This document shows, piece after piece, positions 27,160 through 43,719 of a DNA stretch of 64,000 bases; position 1 is the stretch's first letter, and every line of letters starts with the position of its first letter. The stretch lies in NCBI GenBank assembly GCA_951406725.2, contig OX597820.1:102672001-102736000 (forward strand), given 5' to 3'. Under the pieces are notes generated by a model. The model did not search any database, had not been told where the DNA came from, and saw nothing but the letters and a program-made list of their open reading frames with translations. The translations under genes were made by a program, and so were the position numbers. This stretch comes from Octopus vulgaris (Eukaryota).

Positions 27160-27335
27160 GGGAAGCTTTATGAAAATAAACAAAAGACGAAGGCAGGTGG
27201 AGTACAAACAAACAATTGTATTAGTATGGCGCTCAGGAATATAAATAAACAAGTCTTTTACGTTTCGAGCCTACGCTCTTCAACAGAAAGATACACAGAA
27301 AAGAAACACGGAGAGCAACAAGAAGAGAAAAAAAT
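27160..27335 (-). mobile_element. Short PLE-terminus repeat family C with variant HHR (27254-27291)
   Basis: Minus strand tcttt-CTGTTGA-a-gagc-gtag-gctc-GAAAC-GTA-aaaga; homologous to 57440-57580 and 58670-58820. Confidence 0.7.
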
Positions 27336-27634
27336 TGCGTGCAGAAGCTAGCGATTCAACATGGCGATAGATATTCATTTCGCAGGGAAAAATATACTGA
27401 TTGTTACACTATGCCATTCAAAACACGCGGATATACAAATTTCTCCGACAACACAAAGTTTAAAGGGTCCGCATCTATGCTTTTGCGTCTCACATCACCG
27501 AAAATGCTTACATTGATTTACTAGTAGGCGTGGAAGCCTCATTTGTTTAAATCCTTGACCATTGCGGGATAATGACCACCGTTACAATTCCATGTTAACT
27601 CCATCATACCTTTTATCTTTTATCGGTTACATTT

Positions 27635-27826
27635 ATCTTTTACTTGTTTCAGTCATTAGTCTGTAGTCATGCTGGGGTACGGCTTTGAAGAATTTTAATC
27701 AAATGAATCAATCCCAGTCATTTTTTAAGAGCCTGAAAATTATTCTACTGGTCCCTTTTGCTGAACCGCTAAGTACAGAGACATAAACACGCCAAGCGGC
27801 GATAGAGAAACAAACACAGACGCAAC

Positions 27827-27866
<40 letters not shown>

Positions 27867-28045
27867 AATATATATATATATATATACAATGGGATTCTTT
27901 CAGTTTCCATCTACGAAATCCCCTTACAAGGATTTGGTCGGCCCTAGACTACGGCAGAAGATAGCTGCCAAGTTGCCCAAGTGCCATACATTGGGACTGA
28001 ACTCAGACGATGTGGCTGGGAAGCAATCTTCTTACCACACAACCA
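27635..28045 (-). mobile_element. SINE family B, composite head-microsatellite-tail
   Basis: Head at 27886-28045, (CA)n/(TA)n linker, tail cttttacttgtttcagtcatt at ~27635. Confidence 0.8.
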
Positions 28046-28099
28046 CACCAACTCGCTTAATTTCTTCGAGCGTTTTGATTCCTCGATTTGTTCGCCATC

Positions 28100-28520
28100 T
28101 GCATCATTTACCGCGGTTTCACACGTTTTAAAATTCTTGATGCCCACACATTCAGATACTTCGCGGCATCAATCTCATTATATATGTCATGGTCGTTGTT
28201 ATACAGGATTGTTGATGAACAAATCACTTCATCATTACTTTCTCAAGATTAATATCTTTTACAACTATCATGCGCACTTTGCCCCAACAGATAATCATTT
28301 AGAATTTGCCTCTACATTATATTTCATTATATTGTCCTTAACTGCACATATGGACAAAACTCCTTGGTTTCCAGCATCATATTCTTCACCAACTCTCACA
28401 ATTGAAGCACTAGCTTTCAACTTCCATATAAATTCTAGTTTTTTCTTAACAATAAGAGCACATGATTTTTTACCCTTTACTTGAATAATTTCTTGAAGTC
28501 AAAATGTCAGCTATAAAGCT
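28100..28520 (-). mobile_element. pogo/Tigger-like N-terminal (CENP-B-type HTH) relic
   Basis: IVKKKLEFIWKLKASASIVRVGEEYDAGNQGVLSICAVKDNIMKY resembles K.EII..L..G.S...L..EYGVG..TV..I...K..I. Confidence 0.55.
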
Positions 28521-29234
28521 GAAAGAAACTTAATCATTGAAATACGAACGAAGCTTACAGTGAACTACGAATTGTGTTACGTTGTCATACTATTCTGTTT
28601 ACCACCACTTTGCACCTCTTGTCGGGTGTAATTGCTAAAAATATCATATAATTATTAAGCGGGTTACATCACATGTAGTTATAGAATATGGATGAGTTGT
28701 AAGATCTAGCCTAGTTGTTATTCGAAAAACCTAAGTTTATATACTATAGATGTATGTACGTAGCATAATTGAGAAAGAATGAAGGGGGACTGAAAGCGTA
28801 TGATCTAATATATCTACTTTTGTTTTGTGACAACATATTTTGACATACATGATCACTCAGTAAAACATAAGTGAATTAACGTGTGTTTGCTTTGTGGATA
28901 TCAGTTACATGCCTCAATATCATGATAAATATATAAATGTCAGCAATTAACGATAAACGAAAATGTCTTTCCAAAAGTAGAAACAACATATCAACAACAT
29001 TTATGGAAATTGTTTGAATATGAAAGACAAATAAGCTGAAAATCGTTTTACATTTTATTACGTAATTTTCTCTGATAACTGAAATCTATAGAATCCAGAA
29101 ATAAAACCAGCAATTGTTCTCATCCAGAAATCTAACATGCATATTGATATTTACATAAAAGGAATCTTGTAAATGTATTATTTTTGAGTATATGTTCTTC
29201 AGGTCTTGACATTAAATTCCTTTATTTCTCCTAC

Positions 29235-29278
<44 letters not shown>

Positions 29279-30664
29279 CTTTTTCATATGACTTGGTTTG
29301 CGAACCATTTTCACGATAAAAATATCATGATTACTAATATCGTACGTATGATTACTCAGATTTATTGCTTAGATTACATGTCAAAACTTTATGAACCAAA
29401 AAGCCTATTGGATACTGGTAATGTCATAGCAAGGCATTTTAAACAGATTAACGGTAATGTGATTTTTTATGCTTATGCAATAACTTTATTATTTCGTAAG
29501 CAGCAAAATATTTCTAACTGAATTCTCAAGATAAAATTATGATAGAGCAATTGTTTTTAAAATATTGTAAATCTGAATAGTTTATAAATATCTGTATAAA
29601 AGTTAATGGCAAGATATTAAAGCAGGCTTAAAAAGGAATTATTCAATCATGTGGAAATATTTATTTTGTAGCTGTTCTGGTGTGATATTAAAACCAACCT
29701 AGAGAAAACATAGACACATTTGTCAGAGGGAAAGGAGAAATAATGAGTAAAGGATTAGATCTGAGGAAAACTGATCAAATGAAAAGTTAATTACCCGGAA
29801 ACTTTGATCTTTCTACCTTTCTTTATCATGATTAATAGATACAAGTGTGATATTTACCAAAATATTTTGTGATGAATAAAATTTATCAGAGGATTATACT
29901 TGTGTAGTTTCAGTCTTTAGCTTCAATAAAATTGACATATTTTATATTCCATAGATAACACAACATAATCATGAAAGGGCAGGGCTCCATCGTCTCGTAT
30001 TATGCTAGCAGCAACTCAAACTTGAAGAGTAAGGGGTTCTGGCAGTTTGACTGGTTCTGAATGGCATTTGAAATCTTTTATAGTTATGTACCGTTTTGTA
30101 TGAAACAAAATTTATTTCTCTGAGAGCCCATTCCTTGAATGGGGATGGTCTCTGAGAGAAATGATTTGACATGAGTCTATTCTATCATAATCGCAGATCC
30201 AGCTTGATAGTACCATATTATTACTCGCTACTCAAGCATACTACATGTAGCAACGTAAAATTGAAATAAATGTGCATTCTAATAGTAAATCTTATATAAA
30301 TACCCTTTGTAGTTATATAATTTTGCTGTTTTACTGATTTCAGACTGCTTCATATTTCTATTATTATGGTGAAATATTTACATTATGCTCGGAGAAAAAA
30401 TGCATTAAATATATCGAAATGGTAATTTGTTTCCTCACGAATAAATATCATTATTGAAGATAATATTCAATAATCAGCTCGAAAATGGATTATGTAGGAT
30501 TGCTGTTTAAATTTGCTAGGCCTATGAAGCTTTTGAAACAGAATTATTTGCTGAATGACTTCATATGTGATTTGGATGTAATACCAATCAGCAGGTTTGG
30601 CTTTGCAGCACAAGACACACACGTACATCTAGGTGGACGGGTGAGTGGTGATCAGTCGTTTTCT

Positions 30665-31035
30665 TTTACTTTTACTTTTAATTGTTTCAGTCATTAGATT
30701 GCGGCTATACTGGGGAACCACCTTGAAAAATGTTTAGTCGAATGATTTATATTTTAAAAGCCTGGTACTCATTCTATCGTTCTAATTTGCCGAACCGCTA
30801 AGTCACAGGGACGTAAACTCACTAGCACTGGTTGTTTAGAAGTGGTGGTGGAACAAGTACACACACATATACATACGATGTGCTTCTTTCAGTTTCTCTC
30901 GATCAATTCCTCTCACACGCTTTTGGTGGGCCCGAAGTATAGTAGAAGCCACTGCCCAAGTTTCCACGGAGTGAGACTGAACCACGAACCATGTAGTTGG
31001 GAAACAAGCCACTTACAACACAGCCATACCTGCGC
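30665..31035 (-). mobile_element. SINE family B composite
   Basis: Same head and tail blocks as 43720-44175, reversed. Confidence 0.75.
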
Positions 31036-31689
31036 CAAATGAAGATCTCTCTATATAGGTATCTTGAATAGGTTGATCCTCCAGAAACTGTTGAGGACGG
31101 GTGGTTAGTTTTAGCTATAATATCAAACTGATTTGATATTCCTGGACATAAATGGTTAGGATAGCCAATACGTCATTTGATAGAACTAATATGTTACACA
31201 CAATTTGGATAATTTAAAGTCCACAGTCGTAAACATTTGTGATCTAGTGAGTCAATATAAATTAAATCTCCCGATATCTATCCTATTATTGGGATCTGAA
31301 CGAACAGTTATAAATAAAAATACTCATAAATATTTCTTACGTAATGTTAGAAGGGAAAATTAGATGTAGTCAGTTTCATTAACCAGTATTAATGGCATTA
31401 TTAATGGCAGTATTAATATTTGTTTACCGAGAGAGCTAATTCGTGGTGACTCAGCCTCAGAGAAACTGCAACGAAATTTTCCTGAAAGTATTATCTTGCT
31501 GCTTTAAGAAAGCAATTACATATTGTAGTCCAACATGGTATGATCATAGATTTCCTTGATTGGGCTAAATCGGAGCTAAAAGAAGCAAGAACTATATAGG
31601 AATTTGAGCTTGACTAAAAGAAGCTTAGAGTAAATACGACATGGCAGACACATTGTCGGGAGAATGATACATGAACGTTTTCAATTTTT

Positions 31690-32180
31690 TATCGACTCCA
31701 TTACTCGACTGGTGTTTTATTTTATGAACCTCAAGTGGATGGAATTCGAACTCAAGGGATTTGAAGTCAAAAGTCGGAAAAAATATCGCAAAGTAATTTT
31801 TAGCAACGTCTTAATGATTTTGCCAGCTCACCGCCCTTGATGATGATGACGATGGTGATGATGATGATGGTGGTGGTGGTGGTGGTGATGGTGGTCGTGG
31901 ACGTGGTCGTGGTGGTGGCGGTGGTGGTGGTGATGAGTTTACAGATGATGATGGTGGGGTGATGGTGTCGATTATAATAATAGTTGTTAAATCACGCGCA
32001 AGTCCAACAATTTTGATAAAAAGGATTTGATCGAAGCGGTCAACATAACTGCCGGTACCTTATTTTACTGACTGGTACTTTATTTTATCGATCCGAAAAG
32101 ATGAAAAGCTAAGTTGACCCAAAGAATCCCGCCGCATATTGTACTTTCCGACTTTCTAATATTTGTGACAGCTGGCTGAC
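31690..32180 (-). mobile_element. Two decayed SINE family A copies flanking a (GAT)n/(GGT)n microsatellite
   Basis: tgccagctcaccgcc; ctggtactttattttatcgatccgaaaagatgaaaag. Confidence 0.55.
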
Positions 32181-32399
32181 TTAAGAGTGCAGAAGATGAA
32201 GAACTGATGAAGTTATTTCTAAAAGTCGGCAAATGAAGGAGACATTCTAAGAACAGTTTCTGAAAATTTGGTGGAGGATGATATGGAATTGATTATGAAC
32301 GAAAGAGGCATGGAAAAAAAATTGTACAAAGATATGAAATGAGACGTGCAATAGGTTGCCAGATCCCTAATTCTAATTAAGGAGCTCCCAAACATCCAG

Positions 32400-33400
32400 G
32401 AATTACCCTAACCACCAGGATTTAATTCACTGCCAGACTTGTGTCTTACGGCCTATATGAGTTCTGAAAATAGATCCATTCATGCGGGCCGTTCTAACAC
32501 CTCTCACCGAAACTTTTCAGAAAAGTGACTCCCACCTTTCTCTTCAGAGAAACTTTGGAGTTTGGATGATGATAAAAATTTCTACCTTCAGTCTATTTAT
32601 TGTTGATCACCATTCTCTTTGGTTATTGCCTTCAAGACGTTATCAGCTGCCTCCTTCATGGTACAAGAAAGATGTCAAGATGATCTTCAGGACTGGTTCA
32701 TCTGGAGTCTCCCAACATGCGACAAAAGCTGTTTGGCGTAACTAAATGTTAGCAACTCTCATACACTGCACAAGTGTGTTAGAACGGTCTGTTCGCTCAG
32801 CATACAATTCGATTAATTTTGGGAGGTGGTGCTACCATGCCTGTATAGTTTATCCTTAACCATTAATGTTTTTTCTCAAACAATATCAGATCAAGGATTT
32901 CTGTAGTTGTCCATATTTTCCGTGCTGATATCTTCCGGTGTGGGTTCTTCAGTTCATCTTAGTCGACATAAGATTTTCTTTGAAAATACTGTCGCTTTTG
33001 CACACACTAAACTTCTATACAATGAAAGAGTTGGAGTACTCCTGGCTGCATTATCTGGCTAGTGGATGAACGTGTGTGACTGAAAATCTTCAAGATACTA
33101 GGGACTATGCATCCAATTTTAAGTAGAACTAGCCACCCAGCTGGTAAATACGTCTCAATGATTATTCAGTTGGACTTCTGGATCTAATCTGACGCCAGTC
33201 TATTTGCTCTAGACCATACGACACTATGGTACAGAACGTACTTATCACTCTGGGTGTCGAGCAGCTCTAAGTTTAGCGATAGAGTCTGGTTCGTGCTTAC
33301 ACTTGTTATTGCCTCGTAGCATTTCAGCATATTTCCTGCCACTCTGATTTCCACGGGATCCAATAAATCTCTCACCTAAGAATAAATTTGATCCTTTTCG
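32400..33400 (-). mobile_element. Heavily decayed RTE-like LINE RT fragment
   Basis: Minus-strand TGVRLD (GVRQG-like) followed by FGHV-region-like residues; many disruptions. Confidence 0.35.
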
Positions 33401-34861
33401 CAAGGTACTAATCTAAAATTTTGAAGTCTTTATTCAGTAGTCATACGTACAATGAACAGGAGAGCAAAAATGAATAACCTTTGTTTGAGATGAAATAACC
33501 CTACCAGACTGTATATTGGCAACAATAACTTTAATTCCTGTAAAACAAATGGCAAATTACATATTTTCTCTAAGAACAACCAATATTATTTGAAAGCGTC
33601 TAGCATTAAACCTTTCCTCGATGTACTTGTAGATATACCAATGTAGTCAAAGTGCTCAATATATGTCTAGCCCGATAGTTTCGAATCCTTAGAATTAATA
33701 TCATTTAAATTCTTACTGCATTGCACTACTATTGAGGCATTAAGTATTTGACTATATTACATTGGCGAATTCATCTTCATGTCTCTTCTACTTATTATTG
33801 TAGATTACTTCACAATCCATAACATATAGTATTCATTTGATTATTAACTTATTTTCTTTCTTCCATTGAATTATATTGTATTTAACTTAATATCATTTGG
33901 CTTGTTCAATATCTTTTCTTATTTATTTTCGAACGTCAAGTGTCTTTTCTTATAGATTTCCTTCTAAAGCTCTGTTCTTTGAGAAATAAAAAAAATATAG
34001 AAATTGCTACTTGACTTTCAAAGACATACCAACTCTTTCTAATATGTTTCCATTATATCGCTTGAACGAGAGCTTTTGTGGCCCGGGTAGTAAATTATTG
34101 ACTATTATTAAATGATATCATTGTGATTTAATTCACAAAAGTCTTGAAAATTATTCGAATACAATAATACTTTTATTTTTTCTCGGGAGCATTACACATC
34201 CGCACATCCATCGGAGTTTCTATTGTCTCTTGTCAATGATAAATTCAATTTTCTTCCCTATTATTTGAATTTTCCTCCTTATTAAATTTTCTTCCCTATC
34301 GACAAAGACAATGAAAGCAATCTTTAATTTTAATCTGTGCCTATGGACCTCATTGAAGAAAGTATTATATACTTTTACATATACTTTTACATTTAATGCC
34401 TGATTAGAAAGAAGCAAATTTCGGTAGCGGGTGGAGATACCACATAGAAATATGACATTTCTATGTGGCAGTTAAAATGTTATTAAAAAGCATTATCTTC
34501 CAATGAAATATAGTTTAAGGTTACTGCGTTTTCTGCTTTGTAACTGCTTCATAAAATGGATATGTGCATTAATTATTGTGAACATTTTTGTATTAAAACA
34601 ATGTTCTAATACAAATTACTGATACAGTATTCATTGATTCTGGAAGATTAGAAAATTATGTTAGCTTGCATGGGATTAATTACTGTATTATATTTATTAT
34701 ACTTAGTTCAGTAATCTAAAGTCTGTATAATCGCAAACAAGAATTCTTTATATATATCTATCACGTATTAATGTGTGTGGATTAATATTGGACAGGAAGA
34801 GATCATAACGACATCTGGAAAAACACAACCTATTTTTAATTCCTCCTTCTCCTCCTCACCC

Positions 34862-35130
34862 TCCTTATCATCATCGTCGTCATCATCATCATCATCATCA
34901 TCATGTATCGACTATGACTCGTACTTGCGTGAGACACAATGAGATGCGTCACATATCCCGTCTCATCATCACTTATCCTAGGTCTTCAGCAGTGGTGAGG
35001 CAATTGTCCTTCATCAAGATATCGAACATGATTTCCGAACGTCTGTTAATCACCTGATGAGTTGGCTCTCACAAGAGGTCTGAGAAAGCCGGTTTCTTTT
35101 GGTGTCGTAACTTGCAGCCGTTGTCATAAT
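34862..35130 (-). mobile_element. RTE-like LINE 3' end with (GAT)n tail
   Basis: (ATC)n directly followed by decayed C-terminal RTE-like coding sequence on the minus strand. Confidence 0.5.
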
Positions 35131-35722
35131 TAACGTTCATACTCTTCACTCTTACCCACTAACTGATATAAGAAAGACAGGATTCTAAAGTGCTTTGTAT
35201 AGTGTATTTGTACTTAAACATAAAATCAATACTATTAACAAAATTGCAGAGACAATACGAAAGAAAGTAGATACGAAATTGAAGTATGTTTTCGTAATAT
35301 GAAACAAACTCTTCCAGTAAATAATTCAGTCTCAAAAGACTTGTTAGCGGTCTGAAGAATGGAGAGAAATTAACAAAATCTTATCAAAGTTAATCAAAAC
35401 ATCAATGCTTGTAGGAGAGAAATATAGTTGATTAAATAGAATTCTGCATAACACAGATCTCCCTTTTCTTCGGGAGTTTCAATGTTTGAAAACTTCAAAG
35501 TCAGAATCTAAAGACGCAATTTTTGGCGTTTTAAGTTAAAGCATAAACATATATGTGTGTGCGTAAATATCAATACATACATAAATACGTACATACATAG
35601 ATACGTATGTATGTAAATATATATATATATATATATGTAGGTCCCGGGTTGATTCGGGGTTAACCACAGTAAGTAAGGTACTCAATACATAGCAGAGTCT
35701 AATTAATTTATTATATAGAAGG

Positions 35723-35773
35723 AGCTTCTACAGGACTAGTACTGTTTCATTCAAGAGAAATCTTCAGGAAGCT
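35723..35773 (-). ncRNA. Intact type-I hammerhead ribozyme (left arm)
   Basis: Exact reverse complement of 42569-42619. Confidence 0.85.
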
Positions 35774-36167
35774 ATTTAACAAGAATTGTATTAGCATTTA
35801 TACATTTAAGCAGGTTTAAAGGAGTGGTGGTGGGGGACTTTTTTGGGGGTAGGCATAGCGCAAAATATCATACTTGGGGGAGTGGTCAAGGAGTCAGTGG
35901 TAAGTTAGATGAAAGAATAGATAAATAAAAAAAATAAAAAAAATAAAAAAAAAATAAATAATAAAAAATAAAAAATTAAAAAAATAAAAAAATTAAAAAA
36001 ATAAAAAATAAAAAAATAAAAAATATATATAAAAATATATATATATATAAATAAAAAATATATATATATATATAAAAAAAGGGGGGGATAGAGTTATAGG
36101 TAAATAAGGAGATTCTCACTTATACCTATACGCATATGCATACGTATCTACACACATATACATACAC

Positions 36168-36214
<47 letters not shown>

Positions 36215-36646
36215 CATACATACACATATACATACATATCTACATACACACATACATACACCCGCCCACATATACAAATTTATACACATGCACATGCATA
36301 TACCTGTCTACACATACACACACGTATATATGCATACACTCACTCCCATGCATGCACGCATACACACATGTATATATATACCCACGACCACACATACATA
36401 TATACACAGAAAAATATATATTCTTACGCACATACACTCATGCACACACAACACACCTAGTTCCCTATATACACATATTTACTCCTATATATACATACAC
36501 CCACATACACATATGTACATACATATATATATATACATATACATATACACGCATACATATATATACATGTGTGCACATACATACATATACACATATACAT
36601 ACACACACACATACACATGTGTACCTATACATACCTACACATACAC

Positions 36647-36697
<51 letters not shown>

Positions 36698-37086
36698 CCA
36701 ATACAGGCCCATTCCCTAATTTAAATTTTATTATCTTCATTTATTACTTTTGTTATCTTTGATCGCTAGAGCTAAGGATCCTAGCTATGGCAGCATGTCC
36801 ATTTGTCTGTCTACTAGAAGGCAAGTACTCATTCCCGCACGCACACTCATTAGCACGTACATTCACCCATTCGTACACTCATACACATACACGTACGCAC
36901 GCGTTATATTCATACATACAAACATCTACATACGTTCACGTATATACACATACGTACTCGTACCTACAGATTCGTGTCTACACTTTAGGAGGCTAGTCTA
37001 TACATATACACCAATAAATATACATATATATATATATACACATATACATACACACACACACATATACTCCTACATACAGATACATA

Positions 37087-37128
<42 letters not shown>

Positions 37129-37352
37129 TATACATATATATACATACATACACATACACACATACATATACACACACATACATACACATATATATACATA
37201 CACAAACATATATACACACATATATATATATATATATATACACACATACACACACATACATACATATACACACAAACACATACATACGTATACATACATA
37301 CATACATCCATACATCCATACTTACATGCATTTATACGCATACACACACCCA

Positions 37353-37395
<43 letters not shown>

Positions 37396-37470
37396 TCACA
37401 CATACATATACAAATATACGCACACACATACATACATACACGTATACACATACACGCACATACACATATA

Positions 37471-37884
37471 CATGCGTACCCATACACGTGCACACACGCA
37501 CGCGCATCCATATATATACACATACACACATATATACACGTGTGCAAGCATACATACATACTCATACACGCACACATACTTACATATACATATATGCACA
37601 CACTTAAACACATATATATACATACACATATACATGCATACCTACATATATGCATACATACACATACACGCACATACACATATACATGCGTACCCATACA
37701 CGTGCACACACGCACGCGCATCCATATATATACACACACACACATATATACACGTGTGCAAGCATACCTACATACTCATACACGCACACATACTTACATA
37801 TACATATATGCACACACTTACACACATATATACATACACATATACATGCATACATACATATATGCATACATACACACACGCGCA

Positions 37885-37890
<6 letters not shown>
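37471..37890. repeat. 214-bp tandem duplication inside the arm (mirrored at ~40470-40895)
   Basis: catgcgtacccatacacgtgcacacacgcacgcgcatcc at 37471 and 37685. Confidence 0.85.
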
Positions 37891-37949
<59 letters not shown>

Positions 37950-38085
37950 ATATATACACATACACATACATACACACATACATATACATACACATACACA
38001 TGCATACACATATATACACATATATACACATATACACATACACATATACACACATATACATACACACACACACACATATATACAT

Positions 38086-39100
38086 AAAAACTTAGGCCTT
38101 AGGATTACCCTAGAATCCAACTTAACAAAGGCTAACTTCCTCGATGTCACCCTCGACTTAAAAACCTCACTTTATTACCCGTACCACAAACCAAATGAAT
38201 CCCTTAGATATATAGATATCAATTCCAACCACCCCAAAAATATATTAGATAACCTAGTAAAAAGTGTCTCAATTAGAATCTCTAGCCTGTCCGCCACGGA
38301 AGATATCTTTAAGGCCGCAGCCCCCTATTACAACGAGGCCCTGGCCCGCAGTGGTTTTAAAGATAAGATTACCTACACTAGTATAGCCCCACGCCAACCC
38401 AGGAAAAATAGACGAAGACACATTAGCTGGTACAACCCCCCTTCAACCGTGAGGTCGCTACACCTGTAGCTAAGATCATTTTCACTCTCCTACAGAAACA
38501 CTTCCCCACCCAACATAAGTACTACACTATCCTAAATAAGAACACTATTAGACTCTCCTACTCTACTACGCCCAATCTAGCCAGGAACCTAGCCAACAAC
38601 AATGTGAAAAAACTTAACATATCTACTTTCTCCGGGGCCCATCCAACGTCCGATAGCAGTTGCAACTGCCATGATAAAACCACCTGCCCCCTCAACAACA
38701 ACTGCCTACAGAGGGACCTAGTATATAAATGCGAGGTAAGATCAGGCCTTGACGACAAAAGTAAATCCTACATTGGAATGACGTCAAACAGCTTTAAGAC
38801 CCGCTGGTACGCACATACACACTCGTTCCGGCGACAGGATAAATCCAACCAAACTACCCTCGCCGCCCACATCTGGTACCTTAAAAGGAACTCAATCCCC
38901 TTCAAGACCAAGTGGAAACTACTACAGAAGGCGCGCTCGTACACAGGAGGACATACCTGCTGTGACCTATGCATATCGGAGAGCCTAGAGATCTTGTTCG
39001 CCAAAGGCCCTCTCCTTAACAAATTTTCATGCTCCCAAATTGCATGCATAAGAAGTATGCGAACTACAAGAACTATAGACCTACCCGGCAACCTGATTGA
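38086..39100 (+). pseudogene. PLE ORF 3' part: RT C-terminus/thumb, Cys linker, GIY-YIG endonuclease; two 1-nt frameshifts
   Basis: NFLDVTLDL..YYPYHKPN..SNHP; WYNPP/FNREVATPV..KHFP..NTIRLSYS; CNC..CPL...C; LVY..YIG, RWYAH, CDLC..E, LLNK/CMH. Confidence 0.92.
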
Positions 39101-39372
39101 TGACAACCCCCCCCCCCACAACCCCCCCCAACCCCACTGTTCCCCTAGCACCCCCGATTACCTTTTCTCCTAAGACCTTTCACATATTGTATGTGCACGC
39201 TTGTATATGTGTATTGTATGTATGTATATATGTATAGAAATGCATGGGTACAGTAGGAATATACGCATGTATTATGTGTGTGTGTGTGTGTATATATGCA
39301 TGTAGAAATATATATATGTATATATGTTTGCATATGTATATGTATATATATATATATATGTGTATATATATA

Positions 39373-39403
<31 letters not shown>

Positions 39404-40211
39404 GTTTGTACTTGTATGTGTGTGTGTGTGTATATATGTATATGTGTTTGTATGTATATGTGTATATACGTATATGCATATGTATGTGTAAATGTATGTG
39501 TTTATGTATGTGTATGTATGTATAAAATATTATATAATTAGGGCTTAGTAAAATAAAATAAATCACTTTGCCACATACTAAACTTTCTAGAAATAGCAGC
39601 CAATAAAGTTTTTTAGCCTCTTCCACTACTTAGAGAATTTTTTTCCCTCTAACATTGTTTACTCAAAATAATAATGGTCCCTTTACATACTGAATACTTG
39701 GTGAAATTGATTAATAACTAATTAACTTTAACCTCCCCTGTTGATATATATATATGTATATGTGTACTTGTATGTATATATGTGTGTGTGTGTATGTGTG
39801 TATGTATGTATTTGTATATGTGTGTGTGTATATGTATGTGTGCGCGTGTGTGTGTATGTATGTGTATGTATATTTGTATATGTATTTGCATGTATATATA
39901 TGTGTGTGTATATGTGTATTATGTATGTATTTATATAGATATGTAATTTATATATATATGTATGTATATGCATCTGTCTGTGTGTGTGTATGTGTATATA
40001 TGTGTATCATTATTGCGTATGTATACATGTATATGTGTATATGTATGTGTGTGTGTGTGTGTTTATATATATATATATATATATGTAGGTATGTATATAT
40101 ATATATGTATATATATATATATGTATGTGTATGTACATGTATATATATATGTGTGTATATATATATATGTTTATATGTGAGTATGTAGAGATATAAGTAT
40201 ATGCATGTGTA

Positions 40212-40257
<46 letters not shown>

Positions 40258-40275
40258 GGTATGTGTATCAATGTA

Positions 40276-42760
<2,485 letters not shown>

Positions 42761-42839
42761 GTGTGTATGTATGTATGTATAGGTATATACATATACATAC
42801 ATACATACATACATACATGCATGCATACATGTTTGTGTA

Positions 42840-43713
42840 CGGGGTGCGATGGGTAAATTGTCGTTCTGAGAGGAAAAGAACTCCTGAGTTTGTTGGTGAG
42901 ATCCAGGCCATGATTGTCAATGATCCCTCCAAGTCAATCAGGTTTATCGCTAGGGACATGTGAATGTCTGAGTTTCTTATCAGGTAGGGAGTGCATGAAG
43001 AAATTCGGTATTCCTCCTGAGAAATGGGCAATTTTTTTTATCCAAAGCCATCAAAGACAAGAGGAAAGACCACATACTCAAGTATTCCCCCCTCCCACCA
43101 ACTTTGGTTTTACTCAGACGAGAAACATATCTGCCGGGATCAGATGCTGAGCACACAGAACAACCGTTGGCTTGCTGTGTCTTCAAAACATGTACCGAAA
43201 ATGATAAAAATCAAACAGCCACTGATAGCGACGTTATGTCTCCAATTTTCTTCCCACACAGCCTCAGACTCAACGTGTATGCTGGCATCCACGGGGTTCG
43301 CCTGGAAAACCCTATGTCTGGCAACAGAACTCTGCACCATGCCACACAAGCAGGAGAACCCAGTCAGACAATTTCTTCGATATCACCCCTAGCATCTTGG
43401 CACCTAACTCCCTAGACTGCAACCATGTGTGCGCTGTTGAGCGCGAGACCAACAAAACTCCGTGTAACACCAAAAATGAACTGAAGGCGAGGATTATGGC
43501 AGCATTCACCAACTTAAACAAGGAGACTGTCCAGAAGCGATGCAGGAGATTCCCTAGTCCTGTGGAGGCTGTGGTTGAAGCCAATGGCGATTTTATTAAA
43601 TAAGTCTTTTCTCTAGTATTTCAAGATATTTTTATGCAATTTTGGTAAAATGAGTTGTCAGTGTTATTTTCATTTTTACGTAATTTAGACGACAATGTAT
43701 TCACCTCACTCAG
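42840..43713 (+). mobile_element. maT/DD37D-like Tc1/mariner deletion derivative (same family as 14781-15624)
   Basis: TIR cggggtgcgatgggtaaattgtcg; WFYSDEKH..QNNRWL, APNSLDCN, EAVVEANGDFI. Confidence 0.85.
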
Positions 43714-43719
43714 TATATA

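Larger units (their letters stand above)
35706..38086 (-). repeat. Left inverted arm (~2.38 kb)
   Basis: Unique islands such as gatcgctagagctaaggatcctagctatggcagc are reverse-complemented in 40276-42636; mirrored ORFs 36750+ and 41608-. Confidence 0.95.

Noticed and set aside
38604-39173. Selenoprotein or group I intron homing endonuclease interpretation of the GIY-YIG ORF
   Set aside because: No in-frame TGA at Cys positions; it is contiguous with a PLE RT thumb
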